DNA of 64,000 nucleotides, taken from positions 80,064 through 144,063 of the forward strand of contig JAVVGF010000001.1 in NCBI GenBank assembly GCA_032249235.1, in the 5' to 3' direction. The notes under the pieces are model-generated. The model was not told the origin of the DNA. It was given only the letters and a program-made list of their open reading frames with translations, and did not search any database. The stretch comes from Thermoproteota archaeon. Its GTDB lineage: Archaea; Thermoproteota; Thermoprotei; Gearchaeales; Gearchaeaceae. Made by a program: the position numbers and the translations under genes. This document shows, piece after piece, positions 28,841 to 38,289 of the stretch; the first letter of the stretch is position 1, and every line of letters begins with the position of its first letter.

Positions 28841-30164
28841 AGATCTAATTAAATATATAAAAGAAAATTTCAAGGAGAAGCCATCAATCCATTTCATAGA
28901 TGAAGATGGATTTCCTATAGCATATGCTGTAGATGTAGAGATATCGCATGAGATAATAATCAAAACTCCAAAATATTTGAATATTAAGGATAAAGAAGTA
29001 AATCTCGTCTTCAATCATATAACCGAGATTCCTAGCGGCGGTTATACTGATAGGAGATATATTGTAATAAGGGGTAAAGTTCAAGATATCGAAGGGAATT
29101 TAGTATTAAAACCAACTAAATATTACAATTGGGATGAAAAACAATTACCATTCGTTAGCTATTGCGAAAAGAACGTAAACAGAGCCAAAGAGTATCTAGA
29201 GAATTTATCTAAGTTGAAAGGAAAGCCTGTAAAACCAAAAATCGGAGGCTTTTGGTTGATATTCAAAACGATAAGGTTACCTTTCTTAATTGCAAGTATA
29301 ATTCCTGCTCTAATAGGAATAATGATCGCTATCAACGAAGGTTTCATAGATATAATTTCTGCATTTTTGATCGTAGCAGGCGTAGCTATAATACATGCGG
29401 CATTGAATGTTGCGAACGATTATCATGACCACATAACAGGAGCTGATGTGATCAATTTAACACCTACTCCTTTTTCAGGAGGCTCTAGAGTAATTCAACA
29501 TGGTCTTATTGAACCTTCAACTTCCTTCAAGATCTTTTCATCTCTTTACATCGCTGGAATAGCAATAGGATTATACTTCACTCTATTAAGGGGCATTTGG
29601 GTTCTAATAATATTAAGCATAGGAGTTTTCATAAGCTATTTCTATAGTGCAAAGCCTTTGAGATTCGCAGAAAAAGGATTGGGAGAAATAATGGTAGGAA
29701 TAGGTTTCGGTCCAATAATAACACTAGGTTCATATGTAGCGATGACAGGTAAGCTATCTCTCATTCCTTTATTAGTTTCGATACCTATAGGTACACTTAT
29801 AGCTTTAATATTATATGTCAACGAAATACCTGATAGAGAATGGGATATTAAAGCAGGAAAATTAACTTTAGTTGCAAGAATGAAAAAAGAAAAAATAGCC
29901 AAAGGCTATTTGATCGGGATAATAATTACTTATCTTTCTTATGTATTATGTCTATTTTTAAGAGCATTACCAATTTATTCTCTTCTTGTTTTAGCATTGT
30001 TACCTTTGGCAATCAAAGTCTATAAAGGAATAAAATCTGGATATCATGATCCATATTCGATGATTCCAGTATGCGCGACACATATAAGCTTTTATATCTA
30101 TTTTGCTCTCCTAGTATTGCTTTCTTTAATTTTAAATCTTATGTCGGTTAATTTACCACTTTAA
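28821..30164 (+). CDS. UbiA-family (MenA-like) prenyltransferase with N-terminal split-barrel (PNPOx-like) domain
   Basis: The N-terminal ~150 aa are soluble ('SIHFIDEDGFPIAYAVDV...NLVFNH'). They are followed by 8-9 TM helices carrying 'NDYHDHITGAD', the first Asp-rich UbiA motif. Confidence 0.6.
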   Translation: MLKMRFEDLIKYIKENFKEKPSIHFIDEDGFPIAYAVDVEISHEIIIKTPKYLNIKDKEVNLVFNHITEIPSGGYTDRRYIVIRGKVQDIEGNLVLKPTKYYNWDEKQLPFVSYCEKNVNRAKEYLENLSKLKGKPVKPKIGGFWLIFKTIRLPFLIASIIPALIGIMIAINEGFIDIISAFLIVAGVAIIHAALNVANDYHDHITGADVINLTPTPFSGGSRVIQHGLIEPSTSFKIFSSLYIAGIAIGLYFTLLRGIWVLIILSIGVFISYFYSAKPLRFAEKGLGEIMVGIGFGPIITLGSYVAMTGKLSLIPLLVSIPIGTLIALILYVNEIPDREWDIKAGKLTLVARMKKEKIAKGYLIGIIITYLSYVLCLFLRALPIYSLLVLALLPLAIKVYKGIKSGYHDPYSMIPVCATHISFYIYFALLVLLSLILNLMSVNLPL

Positions 30165-30165
30165 G

Positions 30166-30239
30166 TGGGGTCGCCAGGATTTGAACCTGGGACCACGCGG
30201 TCCCAAGCCGCGCATTCTACCAAGCTAAACTACGACCCC
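30166..30239 (-). tRNA. tRNA-Pro (anticodon UGG)
   Basis: The reverse complement folds as GGGGUCG / D-arm / CGCGG-CUUGGGA-CCGCG / T-arm GUUCAAAUC / CGACCCC + A. The 7-bp acceptor stem and anticodon UGG are clear. Confidence 0.85.
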
Positions 30240-30293
30240 TTAATTTTTTTAAATAAAGACCAATTTTAATTTTTCTTCATCAATAAAAGATTT

Positions 30294-31328
30294 GTGATCA
30301 CTAAGATAATCAAAGTCAATCCTTTAAACTTCACAAAAGATGAAATTAAGGAGGCAATAGAATTAATAAGAAACGGTGAACTTGTAGCTTTTCCTACCGA
30401 GACAGTCTATGGATTAGGAGCTGATGCGACTAATTCAAATGCAGTCAAAAAAATATTTTTTACAAAGAGAAGACCTTTAGATAATCCTGTAATTGTTCAC
30501 ATCTCTGATTTGAATAATCTAATAAACGTAGCCTTAGAAGTGCCTGAAGAAATCTTTGATTTAGCAAGAAAATTCTGGCCAGGACCTTTAACTTTTGTTC
30601 TTAAAAGAAATCCCTCAATAGCTCCTGAAGTTTCAGCAGGCTTAGATACAGTTGCTGTTCGTTGTCCTGCACATCCAGTAGCTCTTGAATTGATCAAATC
30701 TTCAGAAAAGCCAATTGCTGCGCCTAGTGCAAATAAAGCAGGCAAACCTAGTCCTACTAGAGCTGAGCATGTGCTTGATGATTTCAAAGATGAAATTCCT
30801 CTAATAATAGATGCTGGAAGCACAATTTATGGTGTTGAATCAACAGTTATTGATGTTACAAAAAAACCTCCTGTTCTTTTAAGACCTGGCGCAATGCCAA
30901 TTGAAGAAATAATGAAATATATCGGCGAGATTCATATACCTGAATTTGTAAGAGGACTAGGTAAATTTGAAGGTCCTGCATTATCTCCTGGCTTGAAATA
31001 TAGACATTATTCGCCTGAGAAACCTTTAATTTTGGTCGAAGGAGAAGACAAACTCAATGCTCTAAAGAAACTGTTAGAAGAATACAAGAATGCAGGTTTA
31101 ATACTTACGAAAGAAACTGCAAATTTCTTTAAAGATCAAAAAGAGCTAATAATTATAGGTAGCAAAGATAATCTTTTTGAAATCGCATTCAATCTATTTT
31201 CTTCCCTAAGAGAAATGGATAAAAGGAATATCGATGTAATAATCATCGAAGGGGTTGAAGAAAAAGGAATTGGTTTAGCTATCATGAATCGCTTAAGAAA
31301 AGCTGCGAGCAAAATAATAATAAGCTAG
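30294..31328 (+). CDS. sua5: L-threonylcarbamoyladenylate synthase Sua5/TsaC (YrdC + Sua5 domains)
   Basis: 'AFPTETVYGLGADA' is the YrdC motif, and the 344-aa length includes a C-terminal Sua5 domain. Confidence 0.85.
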   Translation: MITKIIKVNPLNFTKDEIKEAIELIRNGELVAFPTETVYGLGADATNSNAVKKIFFTKRRPLDNPVIVHISDLNNLINVALEVPEEIFDLARKFWPGPLTFVLKRNPSIAPEVSAGLDTVAVRCPAHPVALELIKSSEKPIAAPSANKAGKPSPTRAEHVLDDFKDEIPLIIDAGSTIYGVESTVIDVTKKPPVLLRPGAMPIEEIMKYIGEIHIPEFVRGLGKFEGPALSPGLKYRHYSPEKPLILVEGEDKLNALKKLLEEYKNAGLILTKETANFFKDQKELIIIGSKDNLFEIAFNLFSSLREMDKRNIDVIIIEGVEEKGIGLAIMNRLRKAASKIIIS

Positions 31329-32281
31329 TGAAAGTTTCTAACATCATGAAATACATAACTTTAGAAAGTCTTGATGTAAAAGTTTCAGCTATAGGTTTAG
31401 GATGTTGGCAATTCGGAGATCCTAATTGGGGCTGGAGTAGTGAACTGAATGAAGAAAAAGCAATTAAGATTATTCAAGAAGCCTTCAATTTAGGAGTCAA
31501 TTTCTTTGACACTGCAGAGATTTATGGCGAAGGTATTTCAGAACAAGTGTTAGGAAAAGCGTTGAAGGGAATAAGGGATGAAGTTGTCATAGCTACAAAA
31601 GTTGCTCCTTTTCATTTAAGATACAAAGACGTAATCAAAGCTTGTGAAGGAAGTCTTAAAAGGTTGAATACGGATAGGATAGACTTATATCAGATCCATT
31701 GGCCTCACAATTATATTCCTTTAAGAGAAACTGCAAAAGCATTGGATGAATTATATCTTCAAAACAAGATTAGAGCTGTAGGCGTAAGCAATTTTCCCGT
31801 CCCTATGATAAGAGAATTGAAAAGATACTTGAAGCATGCTCCGCTAGTATCGAATCAAGTTCAATACAATCTCATTGAAAGATTAGCAGAAAAGGAAATC
31901 ATAAGATATTGCAAAAGAATGAAAATGATCATAATAGCTTACAGTCCTTTAGCGCAAGGATTGTTAACAGGAAAATATAACTTAACAAACATTCCTACAG
32001 ATAATATAAGAAAAGGTAAAGCGTGGTTCAAAAAAGAAAATTTTGAAAAGATAATGAATGTATTAAAGGAACTTGAAATCATAGCTAAGAAGTATGAGAA
32101 AAAGCTCAGTCAAATTGCTCTAAATTGGATCATTTCGCATTCAAATACGATAGCCATACCTGGAGCTAAAAGCATTGAGCAGCTTAGAGAAAATATTGAA
32201 GCTGGAAATTTTCAGCTTAAAAGAGAAGATTTCAGATACATCTCAAAGCTTACAGAAAATTTAGAATTAGACTATTTTTAA
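31328..32281 (+). CDS. aldo/keto reductase
   Basis: 'GLGCWQFG', 'FDTAEIYG' and 'IDLYQIHWP' are AKR motifs. Confidence 0.8.
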   Translation: MKVSNIMKYITLESLDVKVSAIGLGCWQFGDPNWGWSSELNEEKAIKIIQEAFNLGVNFFDTAEIYGEGISEQVLGKALKGIRDEVVIATKVAPFHLRYKDVIKACEGSLKRLNTDRIDLYQIHWPHNYIPLRETAKALDELYLQNKIRAVGVSNFPVPMIRELKRYLKHAPLVSNQVQYNLIERLAEKEIIRYCKRMKMIIIAYSPLAQGLLTGKYNLTNIPTDNIRKGKAWFKKENFEKIMNVLKELEIIAKKYEKKLSQIALNWIISHSNTIAIPGAKSIEQLRENIEAGNFQLKREDFRYISKLTENLELDYF

Positions 32282-32308
32282 ACTTTTTAGTCTCTTTATT
32301 TATTTTTA

Positions 32309-34186
32309 TTGTTTATGAAACTCAAATTCATTAGTGGTTGTTCAGCTGGAAAGCCAAATTTGTTATTGCTAGTTAAAGATAATGGAAAATCTGCTGTTTT
32401 CGATTGTGGTTTTCAAAACGAAATGCCAGATTTCAGCAAAATAGAAGGCGAAGTCGAAGAAATATTCATAACACATGCGCATGCAGATCATATAGGCGGT
32501 CTAACAATTCTCAAAAGGATGTTTCCTAATGCAAGAATATTCATGAGCGAACCTACTATTGAGATAGGTAAAATTACAATTAGTAGCTTAGAAATTAAGA
32601 GCAAATACAAGATACCTATGAATGAAATCGAAGAAGTTATGAGCGATGTTGAAACGATAAGAGATGGAATTATTTTAAAATTCGACGATTATAAGGTATT
32701 ACCGATATATGCAGGACATTTGTTAGGTGCATTGTCTTATTTGATAAAATTTGATTCTCATACTTTACTCTACACAGGAGATATAAGCATTTCAGAACTT
32801 CCTCTTGCGGGGAAATTTGAATTAGCACAAAGCAACATCGACTTGATAATTTCTGAGAGTAACTTTAGTTTAGGCTTAGATACTTTTAGGTCTTCATTGG
32901 AGAAAATTTCGCAAATAATTGCTTCTGCAATAAAAGTTAAAGGAAGAGTTGTTATGCCTTTGCCTGCAGCAGGAAGAGCACAAGAGATAGCTGTTTATTT
33001 ATCTTACAAGATGCTAGCAGGAGAAATTCCGCATACTACAATATATGTTGATGGAAGCGTCAAAGATGTGATGCGAGTTTATGATAAATATTCATCCAAT
33101 TTAAGAGGATATTTAAGTGAATATTATACAAAAGTGCGTTCTGCAGGTTTGATAAAACTTGTCTCGGATGATATGAGAAAAGAATTAGTTAGAAATGAAA
33201 GGCCTTTCATCGTGCTAACTACATCTGCGAATCTAAAATATGGACCGAGCGTTTATTATGCAGAGGAAGTTTTTCTTGATGAAAATTCATTAATCTTATT
33301 CACAGGTCGTGTTGATGAAAAAACACTTGCAAAGAAAATTCTATATTCAAAAAAAGGTGAGCTAGTTGAGTTTCGTGGAGTAGCTTTAAGCAGGAAATGC
33401 AATGTTCAAATGAATGAATTAAATGAACACGGAAATGCAACTGATCTAATTGAAATGGTAAATAAAATTTCTTCAAAATCAATCCTGCTTACACATGGCA
33501 ATGATGTTGTGAAACAATACTTAATGCAGTATTTTCTAAAAGAGAATTCAAGATTTTCGGTATTTGATCCTTTAGAAGGAGATTTTATTAACTTAAATTT
33601 GTTATTTTCCATAGTTAAATCACAGAAAAAATTTGATGACGAAGAGTTTTTTGAAGCCTTATTGGAGAGAATTATAGAATCGATAAGAATCGAATATGAT
33701 AAAGGTAAAATCCTTACGCGCGATTTTATAGAAGAATTGCTGAGCAAGAACGATATATTATATGAAATACGTAATATAGAAAAAGCAAAACAACTATTTT
33801 TCATCGCATTTAGATATGGGGTTAAATATTCATACAAAAATCACAAAATAGATTTCAAATTCGTAAGCGATCTCATGGAAATCATCTCAGAAATCATCTC
33901 AGAAATTCTCGGTAAAAGTGCTTCGAATAAACTCTTCAACCAATTGAATGAGACCTCACCAAAATTCTTTAAGAATCTCGTTTTAAAAGGAGGGACGATG
34001 AAAGCTAACTTGGGCGTAGAAATAATTTCCTTAGAAAATCTGAAAGAGATATTGAATGATTTCGAAACCAATTTCTCTAGATTTGGAATTAAGGCCCCTT
34101 CTATTAGCGAAATTAAAAAGCTCTGTGAGCAAGAATTGATCATCGATAATTCACTTAGGAATAATTATTTGAGAGTATTCGGTTAA
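32309..34186 (+). CDS. beta-CASP metallo-beta-lactamase ribonuclease (aCPSF/RNase J-like) with ~200-aa C-terminal extension
   Basis: 'ITHAHADHIGGL' is the HxHxDH motif at residue ~55, so no N-terminal KH domain is present. 'LTHGN' is motif C. The C-terminal extension contains a tandem 12-nt duplication. Confidence 0.7.
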   Translation: MFMKLKFISGCSAGKPNLLLLVKDNGKSAVFDCGFQNEMPDFSKIEGEVEEIFITHAHADHIGGLTILKRMFPNARIFMSEPTIEIGKITISSLEIKSKYKIPMNEIEEVMSDVETIRDGIILKFDDYKVLPIYAGHLLGALSYLIKFDSHTLLYTGDISISELPLAGKFELAQSNIDLIISESNFSLGLDTFRSSLEKISQIIASAIKVKGRVVMPLPAAGRAQEIAVYLSYKMLAGEIPHTTIYVDGSVKDVMRVYDKYSSNLRGYLSEYYTKVRSAGLIKLVSDDMRKELVRNERPFIVLTTSANLKYGPSVYYAEEVFLDENSLILFTGRVDEKTLAKKILYSKKGELVEFRGVALSRKCNVQMNELNEHGNATDLIEMVNKISSKSILLTHGNDVVKQYLMQYFLKENSRFSVFDPLEGDFINLNLLFSIVKSQKKFDDEEFFEALLERIIESIRIEYDKGKILTRDFIEELLSKNDILYEIRNIEKAKQLFFIAFRYGVKYSYKNHKIDFKFVSDLMEIISEIISEILGKSASNKLFNQLNETSPKFFKNLVLKGGTMKANLGVEIISLENLKEILNDFETNFSRFGIKAPSISEIKKLCEQELIIDNSLRNNYLRVFG

Positions 34187-34225
34187 AATTAGATTAATAA
34201 GATTTTCCTTATTTTAAATAAATTA

Positions 34226-34327
34226 GCGGGAGTCATCTAGCCTGGCTATGATGCCGGACTCATAATGCAAAGCCGGGGCAGGCATGCGTGGAATCCGGTG
34301 TCCCGGGTTCAAATCCCGGCTCCCGCA
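34226..34327 (+). tRNA. tRNA-Met or tRNA-Ile2 (anticodon CAU) with ~28-nt intron after position 37
   Basis: The acceptor GCGGGAG pairs with CUCCCGC and the T-arm is CCGGG-UUCAAAU-CCCGG. The anticodon arm CCGGA-CUCAUA[intron]A-UCCGG gives anticodon CAU. G1-C72 and the absence of a GGG/CCC anticodon stem argue against an initiator tRNA. Confidence 0.8.
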
Positions 34328-34370
34328 TACGTTTATTATTCTAATAGTCTATTCTAATCATAAATGAAGA

Positions 34371-35397
34371 TTGCAATAATAGGCGCAGGACTGCAGGAGC
34401 TAATTGTGCATATTGGGCTGCAAAAGAAGGTCATGAGGTAATCTTATTCGAAAGAAACAAAACATTAGCTCATAAACCTTGTGGGGAAGCTGTTTTTAAA
34501 GAAGCTTTCGATTACGTTCCTATAAAACCTGAAGGATCTAAATGGTATTTAAATTATGTACACAAGGCTGAAATTTACTTTGATAATAAACTGATCATTG
34601 AAGTCGATACAAAACCTTTTGAAGGTTTTATAGTAAATAAAAGGATGTTCCTTGAAGAACTTGTAAATGAAGCGAAGAATGAGGGTGCTAAATTAAAATT
34701 AGGTGAAGAATTCAATGAAAAAGAAAATTATGATTTAATAATCGATGCTGGAGGATTTGCTTCTACATATGCAAGAAGGAAAGGCTTACCTTATCATGGC
34801 TATAAGCTAGCGCCTGCAATTTGTGGTTATGGAAGGTCGAATAAAATCAAGGAAGATACATTATACTTCGAAGTTTATAGTTTCGGCTATGCATGGATAT
34901 TCCCTTACGGTAAAAATTATTGCAATTTCGGAATTGGAGGGCATACTATTTTTAAAGAGGAGTTGCTCGTTAATCTAAAGAGATTTCTAAAATCGAGATG
35001 AATTCTAAGCTTGAAGGAGCAGGCTTTCCTTCATATGGTCTTTAGAAAAATTAAGTATAGGTAACATAAGAGTTGCTGAGACTCTGCAGGTATGGTAATG
35101 CCTATAAGCGGTGAAGGGATAAGATTTGCATTGTATGCTGGAAAGATATGCTACAAAGATGATTATGAAAAATTATTTTCAGAGAAATATGGTAAAAATC
35201 TGAAGGAAGGTAAGAAGATACTTGATTTATGGCTAAGCTTAAATCAAGATGAGCAAAAAGAATTATTGAAGAGCTTAGATCCTAAAATTTTACCAAGAAT
35301 TTTTCTTGAAGGATATAGACCTAATTTGATGGAGGCTTTGAAATTGGTTGTAAAGCCAAACATATTGAAGAAATCGATTAAGCATTTTATTAAATAG
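34371..35397 (+). pseudogene. geranylgeranyl reductase family FAD-oxidoreductase, frameshifted and interrupted
   Basis: The first frame reads 'MKIAIIGAG', then a stop after 25 codons. A second frame continues '...AAKEGHEVILFERNK...DLIIDAGGFAS...' to a stop at 35001. A third piece (35092-35397) has 'PISGEGIRFALYAG'. The Rossmann GxGxxG motif itself is broken. Confidence 0.6.
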
Positions 35398-35412
35398 AAG
35401 CATAATAACTTC

Positions 35413-36384
35413 ATGGTTGGTTGGGTTGACATATTGACTGCAAAGCAGGCTCATTTTTTTAAACATTTTATAGATAGATATAAACTCCTTGCTACTACAA
35501 GGCAATATAGCGAAAGTCTTGCAGCTATAAATTTTCTGAATATAAAATGTGATGTAATAGGTAAGCATGGCGCAAATGTATTAGAAAAGCTAATTAACAG
35601 CATTGAGAGAAGCTATGCATTATTGAAATGGTTTTTAGATAAAAAACCAAATTTTTTAATTTCGCATGGAAGCGTTGAAGCAACAAGGATAGCATTTCAA
35701 GCAGGAATTCCAATATTTGATTTCAATGATACACCTGAATCTATATTTGTTGCTAGACTTACAGCTCCTTTGACTACTTTAATGATCGTACCAAAAGATT
35801 GTGGTGAAGGCTTTAGAAAGTATGGTGCTCAAAATGTGATAGAATATGATGGATTAACACAAGTAACTTGGTTAAAGAGATATAAATATGACATTGAGAT
35901 TGTTAAAAAATTGAATTTGGACGAGAATAAAATCACTGTCATAGTAAGAGAACCCGCTTATTTAGCTTCACATATAGAATCTGATTCATTACATTTCAAG
36001 AGAATTGTGAGCATGCTTAAGGAATTTTCCGATGAGATAAATCTCATTGAAATTGAAAGATACAAAGGAAAGTTCATAGACGTTCCTTCGTTGTTGAATA
36101 AAGCAGATATAGTAATTGCAACAGGCACAATGGTAGGTGAAGCAATAGTGAGCGGTGTTCCTTTGGTTATTGATTATTTTCCAGTATTACAAAGTATGTA
36201 TAAGCGCTTTTATAAAGAAGAATTCTTTTTGCATAGCACAAACTTAGAAACAATTATTTCGCATGTAAAGAATTTCATAAGGGATCCTAAAAAAAGAAGA
36301 GAACCTATGTATTACAAAATGGAAGATCCGTTAGATATATTCGATGAAATAATTCGAGAAAAATTCCCTAATTTGCTTGAATGA
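35413..36384 (+). CDS. DUF354 family protein
   Basis: The N-terminus 'WVDILTAKQAHFFKHFI' matches the DUF354 start ('IWIDI...P.HVHFFK'), and the 323-aa length fits. Confidence 0.55.
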   Translation: MVGWVDILTAKQAHFFKHFIDRYKLLATTRQYSESLAAINFLNIKCDVIGKHGANVLEKLINSIERSYALLKWFLDKKPNFLISHGSVEATRIAFQAGIPIFDFNDTPESIFVARLTAPLTTLMIVPKDCGEGFRKYGAQNVIEYDGLTQVTWLKRYKYDIEIVKKLNLDENKITVIVREPAYLASHIESDSLHFKRIVSMLKEFSDEINLIEIERYKGKFIDVPSLLNKADIVIATGTMVGEAIVSGVPLVIDYFPVLQSMYKRFYKEEFFLHSTNLETIISHVKNFIRDPKKRREPMYYKMEDPLDIFDEIIREKFPNLLE

Positions 36385-37349
36385 AAATAAAGATAATTGG
36401 AGGAGAAACTTTAGGTACGAGAAGTTTATCTAGCTTTATTGAATGTAGCGATATAAGGATACTTATTGATCCAGGTGTTGCATTAGGTCCTAGATTCAAC
36501 CTTTTACCCCATCCTATTGAATATGAGAATTTAATGAAAACGAGGAAGGAAATAGAAAGTTATGCCATGGAAAGCGATGCTGTTTTTATATCTCATTATC
36601 ACTATGATCATTTCACTCCTTTTTGGAGAGAAATAGATAATTTATGGACCTTTGCAGACTTAAGGAGTGCAGAGAAAATATACAAGAATAAGCAGGTATT
36701 CATCAAAGATCCTTTTAATAACATAAATGAAAGTCAAAAGTCAAGAGCAAGAGAATTTTTACCTAATTTGAGAAATGTTGCTAAAGAAGTTAGAATAGCT
36801 GATTTTAAAGAATACAAAATAGGTAATACAAAGTTAGTATTTTCAAATCCTCTTCCTCATGGTGAAGACAATACTCCATTGGGTAAAGTTTTAATGTTAT
36901 GCATTGAAGATAAAGGTGAGAAGTTTTTATTTGCTAGTGATGTTGAAGGTCCTATAAGCGAGAAAGTATTCGAAGAAATAGTCAGAATGAAACCTAATTA
37001 TATGCTCATTAGCGGCCCTCCTTTATATCTTTTAGGTACTAAGCTTTCTCATAATAATTTCCAAAAGGCAATCGATAATTTATCCAGACTTTTAAAACAT
37101 GTAGATATAATAATTTTAGACCATCATTTTCTGAGAAGCCATGAATCATTGAATTACATAAAGAAACTTAAAGAAACAGCAGATAATTATGGTTCGATGT
37201 TGATGACTATTGCTGAATTTAATAATATGGAGATAAAAATGCTCGAAGCATATAGAAAAGAACTTTATAGAGATAAGCCACCTAGTGAAGAATTCATTGA
37301 ATGGACTAGAAAAAAGAATGGGATACCTCCTATTTCATATAAAAAATAA
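36381..37349 (+). CDS. metallo-beta-lactamase-fold protein (UPF0282-like)
   Basis: 'ISHYHYDHF' is the MBL motif 2, and the 322-aa protein has an archaeal UPF0282-like layout. Confidence 0.6.
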   Translation: MKIKIIGGETLGTRSLSSFIECSDIRILIDPGVALGPRFNLLPHPIEYENLMKTRKEIESYAMESDAVFISHYHYDHFTPFWREIDNLWTFADLRSAEKIYKNKQVFIKDPFNNINESQKSRAREFLPNLRNVAKEVRIADFKEYKIGNTKLVFSNPLPHGEDNTPLGKVLMLCIEDKGEKFLFASDVEGPISEKVFEEIVRMKPNYMLISGPPLYLLGTKLSHNNFQKAIDNLSRLLKHVDIIILDHHFLRSHESLNYIKKLKETADNYGSMLMTIAEFNNMEIKMLEAYRKELYRDKPPSEEFIEWTRKKNGIPPISYKK

Positions 37350-37674
37350 AATTTATGTTAAGATTATTACTAAATTATGATTTAATAATTAAAGCTTTTT
37401 AAAAGTTTAGTAATGAATATACTTAAGTACGCTGGATATGCCTGTGAAAATGAATTGTTAGCTTTGCTATAACTCGATAGGATAAAAGTTATTAAGCCTA
37501 GCAAACCGATAATTCACGTTTTAAAAGAGAGAATGTCAAATCTTTTAATCTAACTGATCAAAAAGCTTAAGGAGTTTGGGTTAATAATCTCTATAACTAA
37601 ATGCGATATTCAAAGTTTCGGAAAACTTTATTAAGAATAAGGCTTAAATTAAGGGAATCCTTAGCTATTAAAGC

Positions 37675-38010
37675 ATGAGCGGTAAAATAAAGATTCAAAA
37701 TCTACCAGCGGAGCTAAGGAGAAAAGGCTTAGAGGAAAAGCTGGCAGCGATCTATAAAAAGAATGATATAGTGTTTATGGCTATTTTCGGTTCCTTTGTT
37801 GGAGGATAGCAAAATAGAAAAAGCGATATTGATATAGCCATCGAATTTGATCGAGATAGCCAAAAGAGTCTTATTGATTTAGTCAGAATAGAAAATGAAC
37901 TAAGAAAGATATTTAAAAGAAAGGTCGATCTCATAATTTTCAGTAGTTTAAGCCCATATATAATAGAAGATGTAAAAAAAGAAATGAAACTCATTTATGA
38001 GAAGAGATGA
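37675..38010 (+). pseudogene. minimal nucleotidyltransferase (MNT antitoxin-type) with in-frame TAG stop
   Basis: The frame reads 'FGSFVGG*QNRKSDIDIAIEF'. The GS...DxD NTase core is interrupted by a TAG at 37807-37809, and TAG is used as a stop elsewhere, for example at the kae1 end. Confidence 0.55.
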
Positions 38011-38158
38011 AGCTTACTTAAAACATATTCTAGATGCGATTTCTAACATAGAGAGATTTACAGAAGGTTTGACTAAAGAAGAATTTTTTAGAAACGTAGA
38101 GAAGCAATATGCTGTCTTAAGGGAGCTTGAGATAATTGGTGAGCATCTAAGAATTTAA
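37997..38158 (+). pseudogene. HEPN (DUF86/HepT-like) toxin gene, truncated after ~50 codons
   Basis: 'EAYLKHILDAISNIERFTEGLTKEEFFRNVEKQYAVLRELEIIGE' is the DUF86 N-terminal half. The ORF overlaps the MNT end in the typical toxin-antitoxin arrangement. The R-x4-6-H catalytic region is missing. Confidence 0.5.
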
Positions 38159-38216
38159 ACAAAGAGCTAAAAGCGCGAATAACTTGAATTCTTTTTTACT
38201 GAAAATCGTAATTCGA

Positions 38217-38289
38217 TGGGCCCAATGGGATTCGAACCCATGCCATTGGCTCCGAAGGCCAACGCTCTATCCAGCTAAGCTATGGGCCC
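38217..38289 (-). tRNA. tRNA-Arg (anticodon UCG)
   Basis: The reverse complement folds as GGGCCCA / D-arm GCUUAGCUGGAUAGAGC / UUGGC-CUUCGGA-GCCAA / T-arm AUGGG-UUCGAAU-CCCAU / UGGGCCC + A. Confidence 0.85.

Noticed and set aside
28706-29902. Several minus-strand ORFs of 62-102 aa (28706-29014, 28884-29084, 29159-29347, 29642-29902)
   Set aside because: They are antisense to the PNPOx-UbiA fusion gene. Their hydrophobic or isoleucine-rich translations mirror its TM helices.
33300-34143. Minus-strand ORFs of 60-143 aa inside the beta-CASP gene
   Set aside because: They are antisense to a gene with HxHxDH and motif C and have no independent support.
34213-34220. 'tttaaata' as a TATA box for tRNA-Met
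   Set aside because: It ends only 6 nt before the mature tRNA 5' end, far too close for the -26 archaeal TATA spacing. The real promoter is probably further upstream, or the element is coincidental.
37807-37809. In-frame TAG in the nucleotidyltransferase as a recoded (read-through) codon
   Set aside because: TAG is used as an ordinary stop for kae1 and other genes in this window. The partner HEPN gene is also truncated, so decay is the simpler explanation.
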